Below, piece by piece: positions 11,101 through 26,100 of a DNA stretch of 64,000 nt. The DNA is taken from assembly GCA_964016885.1 (NCBI GenBank), contig OZ024756.1, positions 15,190,001 to 15,254,000 of the forward strand. The letters are read 5' to 3'. The stretch's first letter is position 1. Each line of letters starts with the position of its first letter. The stretch comes from Eledone cirrhosa. Lineage: Eukaryota. The translations under genes were made by a program, and so were the position numbers. The notes under the pieces were generated by a model, which was not told the DNA's origin, ran no database searches, and saw nothing but the letters and a program-made list of their open reading frames with translations.

Positions 11101-14100
11101 ATTCCCCTCTCTAGGCAGTATATCTCACCTGTACCCCACAGACCTCCCCCATTCCCCTCTCTAGGTAGTATATCTCACCTGTACCCCACAGACCCCCCCC
11201 CATTCTCCTCTCTAGACAGTATATCTCACCTGTACCCCACAGACCTCCCCCCATTCCCCTCTCTAGGCAGTATATCTCACCTGTACCCCACAGACCTCCC
11301 CCATTCCCCTCTCTAGGTAGTATATCTCACCTGTACCCCACAGACCCCCCCCCCATTCTCCTCTCTAGACAGTATATCTCACCTGTACCCCACAGAACCC
11401 CCCCATTCCCCTCTCTAGGCAGTATATCTCACCTGTACCCCACAGACCCCCCCCCCCCATTCTCCTCTCTAGACAGTATATCTCACCTGTACCCCACAGA
11501 CCCCCCCCATTCTCCTCTCTAGACAGTATATCTCACCTGTACCCCACAGACCTCCCCCATTCCCCTCTCTAGGTAGTATATCTCACCTGTACCCCACAGA
11601 CCCCCCCCCCCATTCTCCTCTCTAGACAGTATATCTCACCTGTACCCCACAGAACCCCCCCATTCTCCTCTCTAGACAGTATATCTCACCTGTACCCCAC
11701 AGACCCCCCCCCATTCTCCTCTCTAGATAGTATATCTCACCTGTACCCCACAGACCTCCCCCCATTCCCCTCTCTAGGCAGTATATCTCACCTGTACCCC
11801 ACAGACCTCCCCCCATTCCCCTCTCTAGGTAGTATATCTCACCTGTACCCCACAGACCCCCCCCCCCATTCTCCTCTCTAGACAGTATACCTCACCTGTA
11901 CCCCACAGACCCCCCCCCATTCTCCTCTCTAGACAGTATATCTCACCTGTACCCCACAGACCTCCCCCCATTCCCCTCTCTAGGCAGTATATCTAACCTG
12001 TACCCCACAGACCTCCCCCCATTCCCCTCTCTAGGCAGTATATCTCACCTGTACCCCACAGACCCCCCCCCCATTCTCCTCTCTAGACAGTATATCTCAC
12101 CTGTACCCCACAGACCTCCCCCATTCCCCTCTAGGTAGTATATCTCACCTGTACCCCACAGACCTCCCCCCATTCCCCTCTCTAGGCAGTATATCTCACC
12201 TGTACCCCACAGACCCCCCCCCCCCCCATTCTCCTCTCTAGACAGTATATCTCACCTGTACCCCACAGACCCCCACCCATTCTCCTCTCTAGACTGTATA
12301 TCTCACCTGTACCCCACAGACCCCCCCCCCATTCTCCTCTCTAGACAGTATATCTCACCTGTACCCCATATACCTCCCCCCCATTCCCCTCTCTAGGTAG
12401 TATATCTCACCTGTACCCCACAGACCTCCCCCCATTCTCCTCCCCAGGCAGTATATCTCACCTGTACCCCACAGACCTCCCCCCATTCCCCTCTCTAGGC
12501 AGTATATCTCACCTGTACCCCACAGACCTCCCCCCATTCTCCTCTCTAGACAGTATATCTCACCTGTACCCCACAGACCTCCCCCCATTCCCCTCTCTAG
12601 GCAGTATATCTCACCTGTACCCCACAGACCTCCCCCATTCCCCTCTCTAGGTAGTATATCTCACCTGTACCCCACAGACCCCCCCCATTCTCCTCTCTAG
12701 ACAGTATATCTCACCTGTACCCCACAGACCTCCCCCCATTCCCCTCTCTAGGCAGTATATCTCACCTGTACCCCACAGACCTCCCCCATTCCCCTCTCTA
12801 GGTAGTATATCTCACCTGTACCCCACAGACCCCCCCATTCTCCTCTCTAGACAGTATATCTCACCTGTACCCCACCGAACCCTCCCATTCTCCTCTCTAG
12901 ACAGTATATCTCACCTGTACCCCACAGACCCCCCCCCATTCTCCTCTCTAGATAGTATATCTCACCTGTACCCCACAGACCTCCCCCCATTCCCCTCTCT
13001 AGGCAGTATATCTCACCTGTACCCCACAGACCTCCCCCCATTCCCCTCTCTAGGTAGTATATCTCACCTGTACCCCACAGACCTCCCCCCATTCCCCTCT
13101 CTAGGCAGTATATCTCACCTGTACCCCACAGACCTCCCCCATTCCCCTCTCTAGACAGTATATCTCACCTGTACCCACACAGACCTCCCCCCATTCCCCT
13201 CTCTAGGCAGTATATCTCACCTGTACCCCACAGACCTCCCCCCATTCCCCTCTCTAGGCAGTATATCTCACCTGTACCCCCACAGACCTCCCCCCATTCT
13301 CCTCTCTAGACAGTATATCTCACCTGTACCCCCACAGACCTCCCCCATTCCCCTCTCTAGGCAGTATATCTCACCTGTACCCCACAGACCTCCCCCATTC
13401 CCCTCTCTAGGCAGTATATCTCACCTGTACCCCACAGACCCCCCCCATTCCCCTCTCTAGGCAGTATATCTCACCTGTACCCCACAGACCTCCCCCCATT
13501 CTCCTCCCCAGGCAGTATATCTCACCTGTACCCCACAGACCTCCCCCCATTCCCCTCTCTAGGCAGTATATCTCACCTGTACCCCACAGACCTCCCCCCA
13601 TTCTCCTCTCTAGACAGTATATCTCACCTGTACCCCACAGACCTCCCCCCATTCCCCTCTCTAGGCAGTATATCTCACCTGTACCCCACAGACCTCCCCC
13701 ATTCCCCTCTCTAGGTAGTATATCTCACCTGTACCCCACAGACCCCCCCCCCCCATTCTCCTCTCTAGACAGTATATCTCACCTGTACCCCACAGACCTC
13801 CCCCATTCCCCTCTCTAGGTAGTATATCTCACCTGTACCCCCCAGACCCACCCCCCATTCTCCTCTCTCGACAGTATATCTCACCTGTACCCCACAGAAC
13901 CCCCCCATTCTCCTCTCTAGACAGTATATCTCACCTGTACCCCACAGACCCCCCCCCATTCTCCTCTCTAGATAGTATATCTCACCTGTACCCCACAGAC
14001 CCCCCCCCCATTCTCCTCTCTAGACAGTATACCTCACCTGTACCCCACAGACCCCCCCCCATTCTCCTCTCTAGACAGTATATCTCACCTGTACCCCCCA

Positions 14101-17100
14101 TTCCCCTCTCTAGGCAGTATATCTCACCTGTACCCCACAGACCTCCCCCCATTCCCCTCTCTAGGCAGTATATCTCACCTGTACCCCACAGACCCCCCCC
14201 CCCACATTCTCCTCTCTAGACAGTATATCTCACCTGTACCCCACAGACCTCCCCCCATTCCCCTCTAGGTAGTATATCTCACCTGTACCCCACAGACCTC
14301 CCCCCATTCCCCTCTCTAGGTAGTATATCTCACCTGTACCCCCACAGACCTCCCCCCATTCCCCTCTCTAGGCAGTATATCTCACCTATACCCAACAGAC
14401 CCCCCATTCTCCTCTCTAGACAGTATATCTCACCTGTACCCCACAGACCTCCCCCCATTCCCCTCTCTAGGCAGTATATCTCACCTGTACCCCACAGACC
14501 TCCCCCATTCTCCTCTCTAGACAGTATATCTCACCTGTACCCCACAGACCTCCCCCATTCCCCTCTCTAGGCAGTATATCTCACCTGTACCCCACAGACC
14601 TCCCCCATTCTCCTCTCTAGACAGTATATCTCACCTGTACCCCACAGACCTCCCCCATTCTCCTCTCTAGACAGTATATCTCACCTGTACCCCACAGACC
14701 TCCCCCATTCCCCTCTCTAGACAGTATATCTCACCTGTACCCCACAGACCCCCCCCCCATTCCCCTCTCTAGGCAGTATATCTCACCTGTACCCCACAGA
14801 CCTCCCCCCATTCCCCTCTCTAGACAGTATATCTCACCTGTATCCCACAGACCTCCCCCATTCCCCTCTCTAGGCAGTCTATCTCACCTGTACCCCACAG
14901 ACCTCCCCCCCCCATTCACATCTCTAGGCAGTATATCTCACCTGTACCCCACAGACCCCCCCGCCATTCTCCTCTCTAGGCAGTATATCTCACCTGTACC
15001 CCACAGACCTCCCCCATTCCCCTCTCTAGGCAGTATATCTCACCTGTACCCCCACAGACCTCCCCCCATTCCCCTCTCTAGGCAGTATATCTCACCTGTA
15101 CCCCACAGACCTCCCCCCATTCCCCTCTCTAGGCAGTATATCTCACCTGTACCCCCACAGACCTCCCCCCATTCCCCTCTCTAGGCAGTATATCTCACCT
15201 GTACCCCACAGACCTCCCCCATTCCCCTCTCTAAACAGTATATCTCACCTGTACCCACACAGACCTCCCCCCATTCCCCTCTCTAGGCAGTATATCTCAC
15301 CTGTACCCCACAGACCTCCCCCCATTCCCCTCTCTAGGCAGTATATCTCACCTGTACCCCCACAGACCTCCCCCCATTCTCCTCTCTAGACAGTATATCT
15401 CACCTGTACCCCCACAAACCTCCCCCATTCCCCTCTCTAGGCAGTATATCTCACCTGTACCCCACAGACCTCCCCCATTCCCCTCTCTAGGCAGTATATC
15501 TCACCTGTACCCCACAGACCTCCCCCCATTCCCCTCTCTAGGCAGTATATCTCACCTGTACCCCACAGACCTCCCCCCATTCTCCTCCCCAGGCAGTATA
15601 TCTCACCTGTACCCCACAGACCTCCCCCCATTCCCCTCTCTAGGCAGTATATCTCACCTGTACCCCACAGACCTCCCCCCATTCTCCTCTCTAGACAGTA
15701 TATCTCACCTGTACCCCACAGACCTCCCCCCATTCCCCTCTCTAGGCAGTATATCTCACCTGTACCCCACAGACCTCCCCCATTCCCCTCTCTAGGTAGT
15801 ATATCTCACCTGTACCCCACAGACCCCCCCCCATTCTCCTCTCTAGACAGTATATCTCACCTGTACCCCACAGACCTCCCCCCATTCCCCTCTCTAGGCA
15901 GTATATCTCACCTGTACCCCACAGACCTCCCCCATTCCCCTCTCTAGGTAGTATATCTCACCTGTACCCCACAGACCCCCCCCCCCATTCTCCTCTCTAG
16001 ACAGTATATCTCACCTGTACCCCACAGAACCCCCCCATTCCCCTCTCTAGGCAGTATATCTCACCTGTACCCCACAGACCCCCCCCCCATTCTCCTCTCT
16101 AGACAGTATATCTCACCTGTACCCCACAGACCCCCCCCCCATTCTCCTCTCTAGACAGTATATCTCACCTGTACCCCACAGACCTCCCCCATTCCCCTCT
16201 CTAGGTAGTATATCTCACCTGTACCCCACAGACCCCCCCCCCATTCTCCTCTCTAGACAGTATATCTCACCTGTACCCCACAGAACCCCCCCATTCTCCT
16301 CTCTAGACAGTATATCTCACCTGTACCCCACAGACCCCCCCCCCATTCTCCTCTCTAGATAGTATATCTCACCTGTACCCCACAGACCTCCCCCCATTCC
16401 CCTCTCTAGGCAGTATATCTCACCTGTACCCCACAGACCTCCCCCCATTCCCCTCTCTAGGTAGTATATCTCACCTGTACCCCACAGACCCCCCCCCCAT
16501 TCTCCTCTCTAGACAGTATACCTCACCTGTACCCCACAGACCCCCCCCCCCCATTCTCCTCTCTAGACAGTATATCTCACCTGTACCCCACAGACCTCCC
16601 CCCATTCCCCTCTCTAGGCAGTATATCTAACCTGTACCCCACAGACCTCCCCCCATTCCCCTCTCTAGGCAGTATATCTCACCTGTACCCCACAGACCCC
16701 CCCCCCATTCTCCTCTCTAGACAGTATATCTCACCTGTACCCCACAGACCTCCCCCATTCCCCTCTAGGTAGTATATCTCACCTGTACCCCACAGACCTC
16801 CCCCCATTCCCCTCTCTAGGCAGTATATCTCACCTGTACCCCACAGACCCCCCCCCCATTCTCCTCTCTAGACAGTATATCTCACCTGTACCCCACAGAC
16901 CCCCACCCATTCTCCTCTCTAGACTGTATATCTCACCTGTACCCCACAGACCCCCCCCCCATTCTCCTCTCTAGACAGTATATCTCACCTGTACCCCACA
17001 TACCTCCCCCCCATTCCCCTCTCTAGGTAGTATATCTCACCTGTACCCCACAGACCTCCCCCATTCCCCTCTCTAGGCAGTATATCTCACCTGTACCCCA

Positions 17101-20100
17101 CAGACCCCCCCCCCCCATTCTCCTCTCTAGACAGTATATCTCACCTGTACCCCACAGACCTCCCCCATTCCCCTCTCTAGGTAGTATATCTCACCTGTAC
17201 CCCACAGAACCCCCCCCCCATTCTCCTCTCTAGGTAGTATATCTCACCTGTACCCCACAGACCCCCCCCCCATTCCCCTCTCTAGGTAGTATATCTCACC
17301 TGTACCCCACAGACCTCCCCCATTCCCCTCTCTAGGCAGTATATCTCACCTGTACGCCACAGACCCCCCCATTCTCCTCTCTAGACAGTATATCTCACCT
17401 GTACCCCACAGACCTCCCCCATTCCCCTCTCTAGGTAGTATATCTCACCTGTACCCCACAGACCTCCCCCCATTCTCCTCTCTAGACAGTATATCTCACC
17501 TGTACCCCACAGACCTCCCCCCATTCCCCTCTCTAGGTAGTATATCTCACCTGTACCCCACAGACATCCCCATTTTCCTCTCTAGACAGTATATCTCACC
17601 TGTACCCCACAGACTTCCCCCCATTCCCCTCTCTAGGTAGTATATCTCACCTGTACCCCACAGACCTCCCCCCATTCTCCTCTCTAGGCAGTATATCTCA
17701 CCTGTACCACACAGACCTCCCCCCATTCCCCTCTCCAGGTAGTATATCTCACCTGTACCCCACAGACCTCCCCCCATTCTCCTCTCTAGACAGTATATCT
17801 CACCTGTACCCCACAGACCTCCCCCATCCCCCTCTCTAGGCAGTATATCTCACCTGTACCCCACAGACCCCCCCCCCATTCTCCTCTCTAGACAGTATAT
17901 CTCACCTGTACCCCACAGACCTCCCCCCATTCTCCTCTCTAGGCAGTATATCTCACCTGTACCCCACAGACCCCCCCCCCCATTCTCCACTCTAGACAGT
18001 ATATCTCACCTGTACCCCACAGACCTCCCCCCATTCTCCTCTCTAGGCAGTATATCTCACCTGTACCCCACAGACCTCCCCCATTCTCCTCTCTAGACAG
18101 TATATCTCACCTGTACCCCACAGACCTCCCCCCATTCTCCTCTCTAGGCAGTATATCTCACATGTACCCCACAGACCTCCCCCCATTCCCCTCTCTAGGT
18201 AGTATATCTCACCTGTACCCCACAGACCTCCCCCCATTCCCCTCTCTAGGCAGTATATCTCACCTGTACCCCACAGACCCCCCCCCATTCTCCTCTCTAG
18301 ACAGTATATCTCACCTGTACCCCACAGACCTCCCCCCATTCCCCTCTAGGTAGTATATCTCACCTGTACCCCACAGACCTCCCCCCATTCCCCTCTCTAG
18401 GCAGTATATCTCACCTGTACCCCACAGACCCCCCCCCATTCTCCTCTCTAGACAGTATATCTCACCTGTACCCCACAGACCCCCCCATTCTCCTCTCTAG
18501 ACTGTATATCTCACCTGTACCCCACAGACTCCCCCCCCCATTCTCCTCTCTAGACAGTATATCTCACCTGTACCCCACAGACCTCCCCCCCATTCCCCTC
18601 TCTAGGTAGTATATCTCACCTGTACCCCACAGACCTCCCCCATTCCCCTCTCTAGGCAGTATATCTCACCTGTACCCCACAGACCCCCCCCATTCTCCTC
18701 TCTAGACAGTATATCTCACCTGTACCCCACAGACCTCCCCCATTCCCCTCTCTAGGTAGTATATCTCACCTGTACCCCACAGACCTCCCCCCATTCTCCT
18801 CTCTAGACAGTATATCTCACCTGTACCCCACAGACCTCCCCCCATTCCCCTCTCTAGGTAGTATATCTCACCTGTACCCCACAGACATCCCCATTCTCCT
18901 CTCTAGACAGTATATCTCACCTGTACCCCACAGACCTCCCCCCATTCCCCTCTCTAGGTAGTATATCTCACCTGTACCCCACAGACCTCCCCCCATTCTC
19001 CTCTCTTGGCAGTATATCTCACCTGTACCCCACAGACCTCCCCCCATTCCCCTCTCCAGGTAGTATATCTCACCTGTACCCCACAGACCTCCCCCCATTC
19101 TCCTCTCTAGACAGTATATCTCACCTGTACCCCACAGACCTCCCCCATCCCCCTCTCTAGGCAGTATATCTCACCTGTACCCCACAGACCCCCCCCCCCA
19201 TTCTCCTCTCTAGACAGTATATCTCACCTGTACCCCACAGACCTCCCCCCATTCTCCTCTCTAGACAGTATATCTCACCTGTACCCCACAGACCTCCCCC
19301 CCATTCCCCTCTCTAGGTAGTATATCTCACCTGTACCCCACAGACCTCCCCCATTCCCCTCTCTAGGCAGTATATCTCACCTGTACCCCACAGACCCCCC
19401 CCCCCATTCTCATCTCTAGACAGTATATCTCACCTGTACCCCACAGACCTCCCCCATTCCCCTCTCTAGGTAGTATATCTCACCTGTACCCCACAGACCC
19501 CCCCCCCATTCTCCTCTCTAGACAGTATATCTCACCTGTACCCCACAGACCTCCCCCCCATTCCCCTCTCTAGGTAGTATATCTCACCTGTACCCCACAG
19601 ACCTCCCCCATTCCCCTCTCTAGGCAGTATATCTCACCTGTACCCCACAGACCCCCCCCCATTCTCCTCTCTAGACAGTATATCTCACCTGTACCCCACA
19701 GACCTCCCCCATTCCCCTCTCTAGGTAGTATATCTCACCTGTACCCCACAGACCTCCCCCCATTCTCCTCTCTAGACAGTATATCTCACCTGTACCCCAC
19801 AGACCTCCCCCCATTCCCCTCTCTAGGTATATCTCACCTGTACCCCACAGACATCCCCATTCTCCTCTCTAGACAGTATATCTCACCTGTACCCCACAGA
19901 CCTCCCCCCATTCCCCTCTCTAGGTAGTATATCTCACCTGTACCCCACAGACCTCCCCCCATTCTCCTCTCTAGGCAGTATATCTCACCTGTACCCCACA
20001 GACCTCCCCCCATTCCCCTCTCCAGGTAGTATATCTCACCTGTACCCCACAGACCTCCCCCCATTCTCCTCTCTAGACAGTATATCTCACCTGTACCCCA

Positions 20101-23100
20101 CAGACCTCCCCCATCCCCCTCTCTAGGCAGTATATCTCACCTGTACCCCACAGACCCCCCCCCCCATTCTCCTCTCTAGACAGTATATCTCACCTGTACC
20201 CCACAGACCTCCCCCCATTCTCCTCTCTAGACAGTATATCTCACCTGTACCCCACAGACCTCCCCCCCATTCCCCTCTCTAGGTAGTATATCTCACCTGT
20301 ACCCCACAGACCTCCCCCATTCCCCTCTCTAGGCAGTATATCTCACCTGTACCCCACAGACCCCCCCCGCATTCTCCTCTCTAGACAGTATATCTCACCT
20401 GTACCCCACAGACCTCCCCCATTCCCCTCTCTAGGTAGTATATCTCACCTGTACCCCACAGACCCCCCCCCCCCCATTCTCCTCTCTAGACAGTATATCT
20501 CACCTGTACCCCACAGACCTCCCCCCATTCCCCTCTCTAGGTAGTATATCTCACCTGTACCCCACAGACCTCCCCCATTCCCCTCTCTAGGCAGTATATC
20601 TCACCTGTACCCCACAGACCCCCCCCATTCTCCTCTCTAGACAGTATATCTCACCTGTACCCCACAGACCTCCCCCATTCCCCTCTCTAGGTAGTATATC
20701 TCACCTGTACCCCACAGACCTCCCCCCATTCTCCTCTCTAGACAGTATATCTCACCTGTACCCCACAGACCTCCCCCCATTCCCCTCTCTAGGTAGTATA
20801 TCTCACCTGTACCCCACAGACATCCCCATTCTCCTCTCTAGACAGTATATCTCACCTGTACCCCACAGACCTCCCCCCATTCCCCTCTCTAGGTAGTATA
20901 TCTCACCTGTACCCCACAGACCTCCCCCCATTCTCCTCTCTAGGCAGTATATCTCACCTGTACCCCACAGACCTCCCCCCATTCCCCTCTCTAGGCAGTA
21001 TATCTCACCTGTACCCCACAGACCTCCCCCCATTCTCCTCTAGACAGTATATCTCACCTGTACCCCCACAGACCCCCCCCCCCATTCCCCTCTCTAGGCA
21101 GTATATCTCACCTGTACCTCACAGACCTCCCCCCATTCTCCTCTCTAGGCAGTATATCTCACCTGTACCCCACAGACCCCCCCATTCTCCTCTCTAGACA
21201 GTATATCTCACCTGTACCCCACAGACCTCCCCCCCATTCCCCTCTCTAGGCAGTATATCTCACCTGTACCCCACAGACCTCCCCATTCTCCTCTCTAGGC
21301 AGTATATCTCACCTGTACCCCACAGACCTCCCCCCCCATTCCCCTCTCTAGGCAGTATATCTCACCTGTACCCCACAGACCCCCCCCCCATTCTCCTCTC
21401 TAGGCAGTATATCTCACCTGTACCCCACAGACCTCCCCCCATTCTCCTCCCCAGGCAGTATATCTCACCTGTACCCCACAGACCTCCCCCCATTCTCCTC
21501 TCTAGGCAGTATATCTCACCTGTACCCCACAGACCTCCCCCCATTCCCCTCTCTAGGCAGTATATCTCACCTGTACCCCACAGACCCCCCATTCTCCTCT
21601 CTAGACAGTATATCTCACCTGTACCCCACAGACCCCCCCCATTCTCCTCTCTAGATAGTATATCTCACCTGTACCCCACAGACCTCCCCCCATTCCCCTC
21701 TCTAGGCAGTATATCTCACCTGTACCCCATAGACCTCCCCCCATTCCCCTCTCTAGGTAGTATATCTCACCTGTACCCCACAGACATCCCCATTCTCCTC
21801 TCTAGACAGTATATCTCACCTGTACCCCACAGACCTCCCCCCATTCCCCTCTCTAGGTAGTATATCTCACCTGTACCCCACAGACCTCCCCCCATTCTCC
21901 TCTCTAGGCAGTATATCTCACCTGTACCCCACAGACCTCCCCCCATTCCCCTCTCCAGGTAGTATATCTCACCTGTACCCCACAGACCTCCCCCCATTCT
22001 CCTCTCTAGACAGTATATCTCACCTGTACCCCACAGACCTCCCCCATCCCCCTCTCTAGGCAGTATATCTCACCTGTACCCCACAGACCCCCCCCCATTC
22101 TCCTCTCTAGACAGTATATCTCACCTGTACCCCACAGACCTCCCCCCATTCTCCTCTCTAGGCAGTATATCTCACCTGTACCCCACAGACCCCCCCCATT
22201 CTCCACTCTAGACAGTATATCTCACCTGTACCCCACATACCTCCCCCCATTCTCCTCTCTAGGCAGTATATCTCACCTGTACCCCACAGACCTCCCCCAT
22301 TCTCCTCTCTAGACAGTATATCTCACCTGTACCCCACAGACCTCCCCCCATTCTCCTCTCTAGGCAGTATATCTCACCTGTACCCCACAGACCTCCCCCC
22401 ATTCCCCTCTCTAGGTAGTATATCTCACCTGTACCCCACAGACCTCCCCCCATTCCCCTCTCTAGGCAGTATATCTCACCTGTACCCCACAGACCACCCC
22501 CATTCTCCTCTCTAGACAGTATATCTCACCTGTACCCCACAGACCTCCCCCCATTCCCCTCTAGGTAGTATATCTCACCTGTACCCCACAGACCTCCCCC
22601 CATTCCCCTCTCTAGGCAGTATATCTCACCTGTACCCCACAGACCCCCCCCCCCATTCTCCTCTCTAGACAGTATATCTCACCTGTACCCCACAGACCCC
22701 CCCATTCTCCTCTCTAGACTGTATATCTCACCTGTACCCCACAGACTCCCCCCCCCATTCTCCTCTCTAGACAGTATATCTCACCTGTACCCCACAGACC
22801 TCCCCCCCATTCCCCTCTCTAGGTAGTATATCTCACCTGTACCCCACAGACCTCCCCCATTCCCCTCTCTAGGCAGTATATCTCACCTGTACCCCACAGA
22901 CCCCCCCCATTTTCCTCTCTAGACAGTATATCTCACCTGTACCCCACAGACCTCCCCCATTCCCCTCTCTAGGTAGTATATCTCACCTGTACCCCACAGA
23001 CCTCCCCCCCATTCTCCTCTCTAGACAGTATATCTCACCTGTACCCCACAGACCTCCCCCCATTCCCCTCTCTCGGTAGTATATCTCACCTGTACCCCAC

Positions 23101-26100
23101 AGACATCCCCATTCTCCTCTCTAGACAGTATATCTCACCTGTACCCCACAGACCTCCCCCCATCCCCCTCTCTAGGCAGTATATCTCACCTGTACCCCAC
23201 AGACCCCCCCCCCATTCTCCTCTCTAGACAGTATATCTCACCTGTACCCCACAGACCTCCCCCCATTCTCCTCTCTAGACAGTATATCTCACCTGTACCC
23301 CACAGACCTCCCCCCCATTCCCCTCTCTAGTTAGTATATCTCACCTGTACCCCACAGACCTCCCCCATTCCCCTCTCTAGGCAGTATATCTCACCTGTAC
23401 CCCCACAGACCCCCCCCCCATTCTCCTCTCTAGGTAGTATATCTCACCTGTACCCCACAGACCTCCCCCATTCCCCTCTCTAGGTAGTATATCTCACCTG
23501 TACCCCACAGACCCCCCCCCCCATTCTCCTCTCTAGACAGTATATCTCACCTGTACCCCACAGACCTCCCCCCCATTCCCCTCTCTAGGTAGTATATCTC
23601 ACCTGTACCCCACAGACCTCCCCCATTCCCCTCTCTAGGCAGTATATCTCACCTGTACCCCACAGACCCCTCCCCATTCTCCTCTCTAGACAGTATATCT
23701 CACCTGTACCCCACAGACCTCCCCCATTCCCCTCTCTAGGTAGTATATCTCACCTGTACCCCACAGACCTCCCCCCATTCTCCTCTCTAGACAGTATATC
23801 TCACCTGTACCCCACAGACCTGCCCCCATTCCCCTCTCTAGGTAGTATATCTCACCTGTACCCCACAGACATCCCCATTCTCCTCTCTAGACAGTATATC
23901 TCACCTGTACCCCACAGACCTCCCCCCATTCCCCTCTCTAGGTAGTATATCTCACCTGTACCCCACAGACCTCCCCCCATTCTCCTCTCTAGGCAGTATA
24001 TCTCACCTGTACCCCACAGACCTCCCACCATTCCCCTCTCCAGGTAGTATATCTCACCTGTACCCCACAGACCTCCCCCCATTCCCCTCTCTAGGCAGTA
24101 TATCTCACCTGTACCCCACAGACCTCCCCCCATTCCCCTCTAGACAGTATATCTCACCTGTACCCCACAGACCTCCCCCATTCCCCTCTCTAGGTAGTAT
24201 ATCTCACCTGTACCCCACAGACCTCCCCCCATTCTCCTCTCTAGACAGTATATCTCACCTGTACCCCACAGACCTGCCCCCATTCCCCTCTCTAGGTAGT
24301 ATATCTCACCTGTACCCCACAGACCTCCCCCCATTCCCCTCTCTAGGTAGTATATCTCACCTGTACCCCACAGACCTCCCCCCATTCTCCTCTCTAGACA
24401 GTATATCTCACCTGTACCCCACAGACCTCCCCCCATTCCCCTCTCTAGGTAGTATATCTCACCTGTACCCCACAGACCTCCCCCCATTCTCCTCTCTAGG
24501 CAGTATATCTCACCTGTACCCCACAGACCTCCCACCATTCCCCTCTCCAGGTAGTATATCTCACCTGTACCCCACAGACCTCCCCCCATTCCCCTCTCTA
24601 GGCAGTATATCTCACCTGTACCCCACAGACCTCCCCCCATTCCCCTCTAGACAGTATATCTCACCTGTACCCCCACAGACCGCCCCCCATTCCCCTCTCT
24701 AGGCAGTATATCTCACCTGTACCCCACAGACCCCTCCCCATTCTCCTCTCTAGACAGTATATCTCACCTGTACCCCACAGACCTCCCCCATTCCCCTCTC
24801 TAGGTAGTATATCTCACCTGTACCCCACAGACCTCCCCCCATTCTCCTCTCTAGACAGTATATCTCACCTGTACCCCACAGACCTGCCCCCATTCCCCTC
24901 TCTAGGTAGTATATCTCACCTGTACCCCACAGACATCCCCATTCTCCTCTCTAGACAGTATATCTCACCTGTACCCCACAGACCTCCCCCATTCCCCTCT
25001 CTAGGTAGTATATCTCACCTGTACCCCACAGACCTCCCCATTCTCCTCTCTAGACAGTATATCTCACCTGTACCCCACAGACCTCCCCCCCATTCCCCTC
25101 TCTAGGCAGTATATCTCACCTGTACCCCACAGACCTCCCCATTCTCCTCTCTAGGCAGTATATCTCACCTGTACCCCACAGACCTCCCCCCCCATTCCCC
25201 TCTCTAGGCAGTATATCTCACCTGTACCCCACAGACCCCCCCCCCATTCTCCTCTCTAGGCAGTATATCTCACCTGTACCCCACAGACCTCCCCCCATTC
25301 TCCTCCCCAGGCAGTATATCTCACCTGTACCCCACAGACCTCCCCCCATTCTCCTCTCTCGGCAGTATATCTCACCTGTACCCCACAGACCTCCCCCCAT
25401 TCCCCTCTCTAGGCAGTATATCTCACCTGTACCCCACAGACCCCCCATTCTCCTCTCTAGACAGTATATCTCACCTGTACCCCACAGAACCCCCCCCATT
25501 CTCCTCTCTAGATAGTATATCTCACCTGTACCCCACAGACCTCCCCCCATTCCCCTCTCTAGGCAGTATATCTCACCTGTACCCCATAGACCTCCCCCCA
25601 TTCCCCTCTCTAGGTAGTATATCTCACCTGTACCCCACAGACCCCCCCCCCATTCTCCTCTCTAGACAGTATATCTCACCTGTACCCCACAGACCCCCCC
25701 CCCATTCTCCTCTCTAGACAGTATATCTCACCTGTACCCCACAGACCTCCCCCCATTCCCCTCTCTAGGCAGTATATCTCACCTGTACCCCACAGACCCC
25801 CCCCCATTCTCCTCTCTAGACAGTATATCTCACCTGTACCCCACAGACCTGCCCCCATTCCACTCTCTAGGCAGTATATCTCACCTGTACCCCACAGACC
25901 TCCCCCCATTCCCCTCTCTAGGCAGTATATCTCACCTGTACCCCACAGACCTCCCCCCATTCCCCTCTCTAGGCAGTATATCTCACCTGTACCCCACAGA
26001 CCTCCCCCCATTCCCCTCTCTAGGCAGTATATCTCACCTGTACCCCACAGACCTCCCCCCATTCCCCTCTCTAGGTAGTATATCTCACCTGTACCCCACA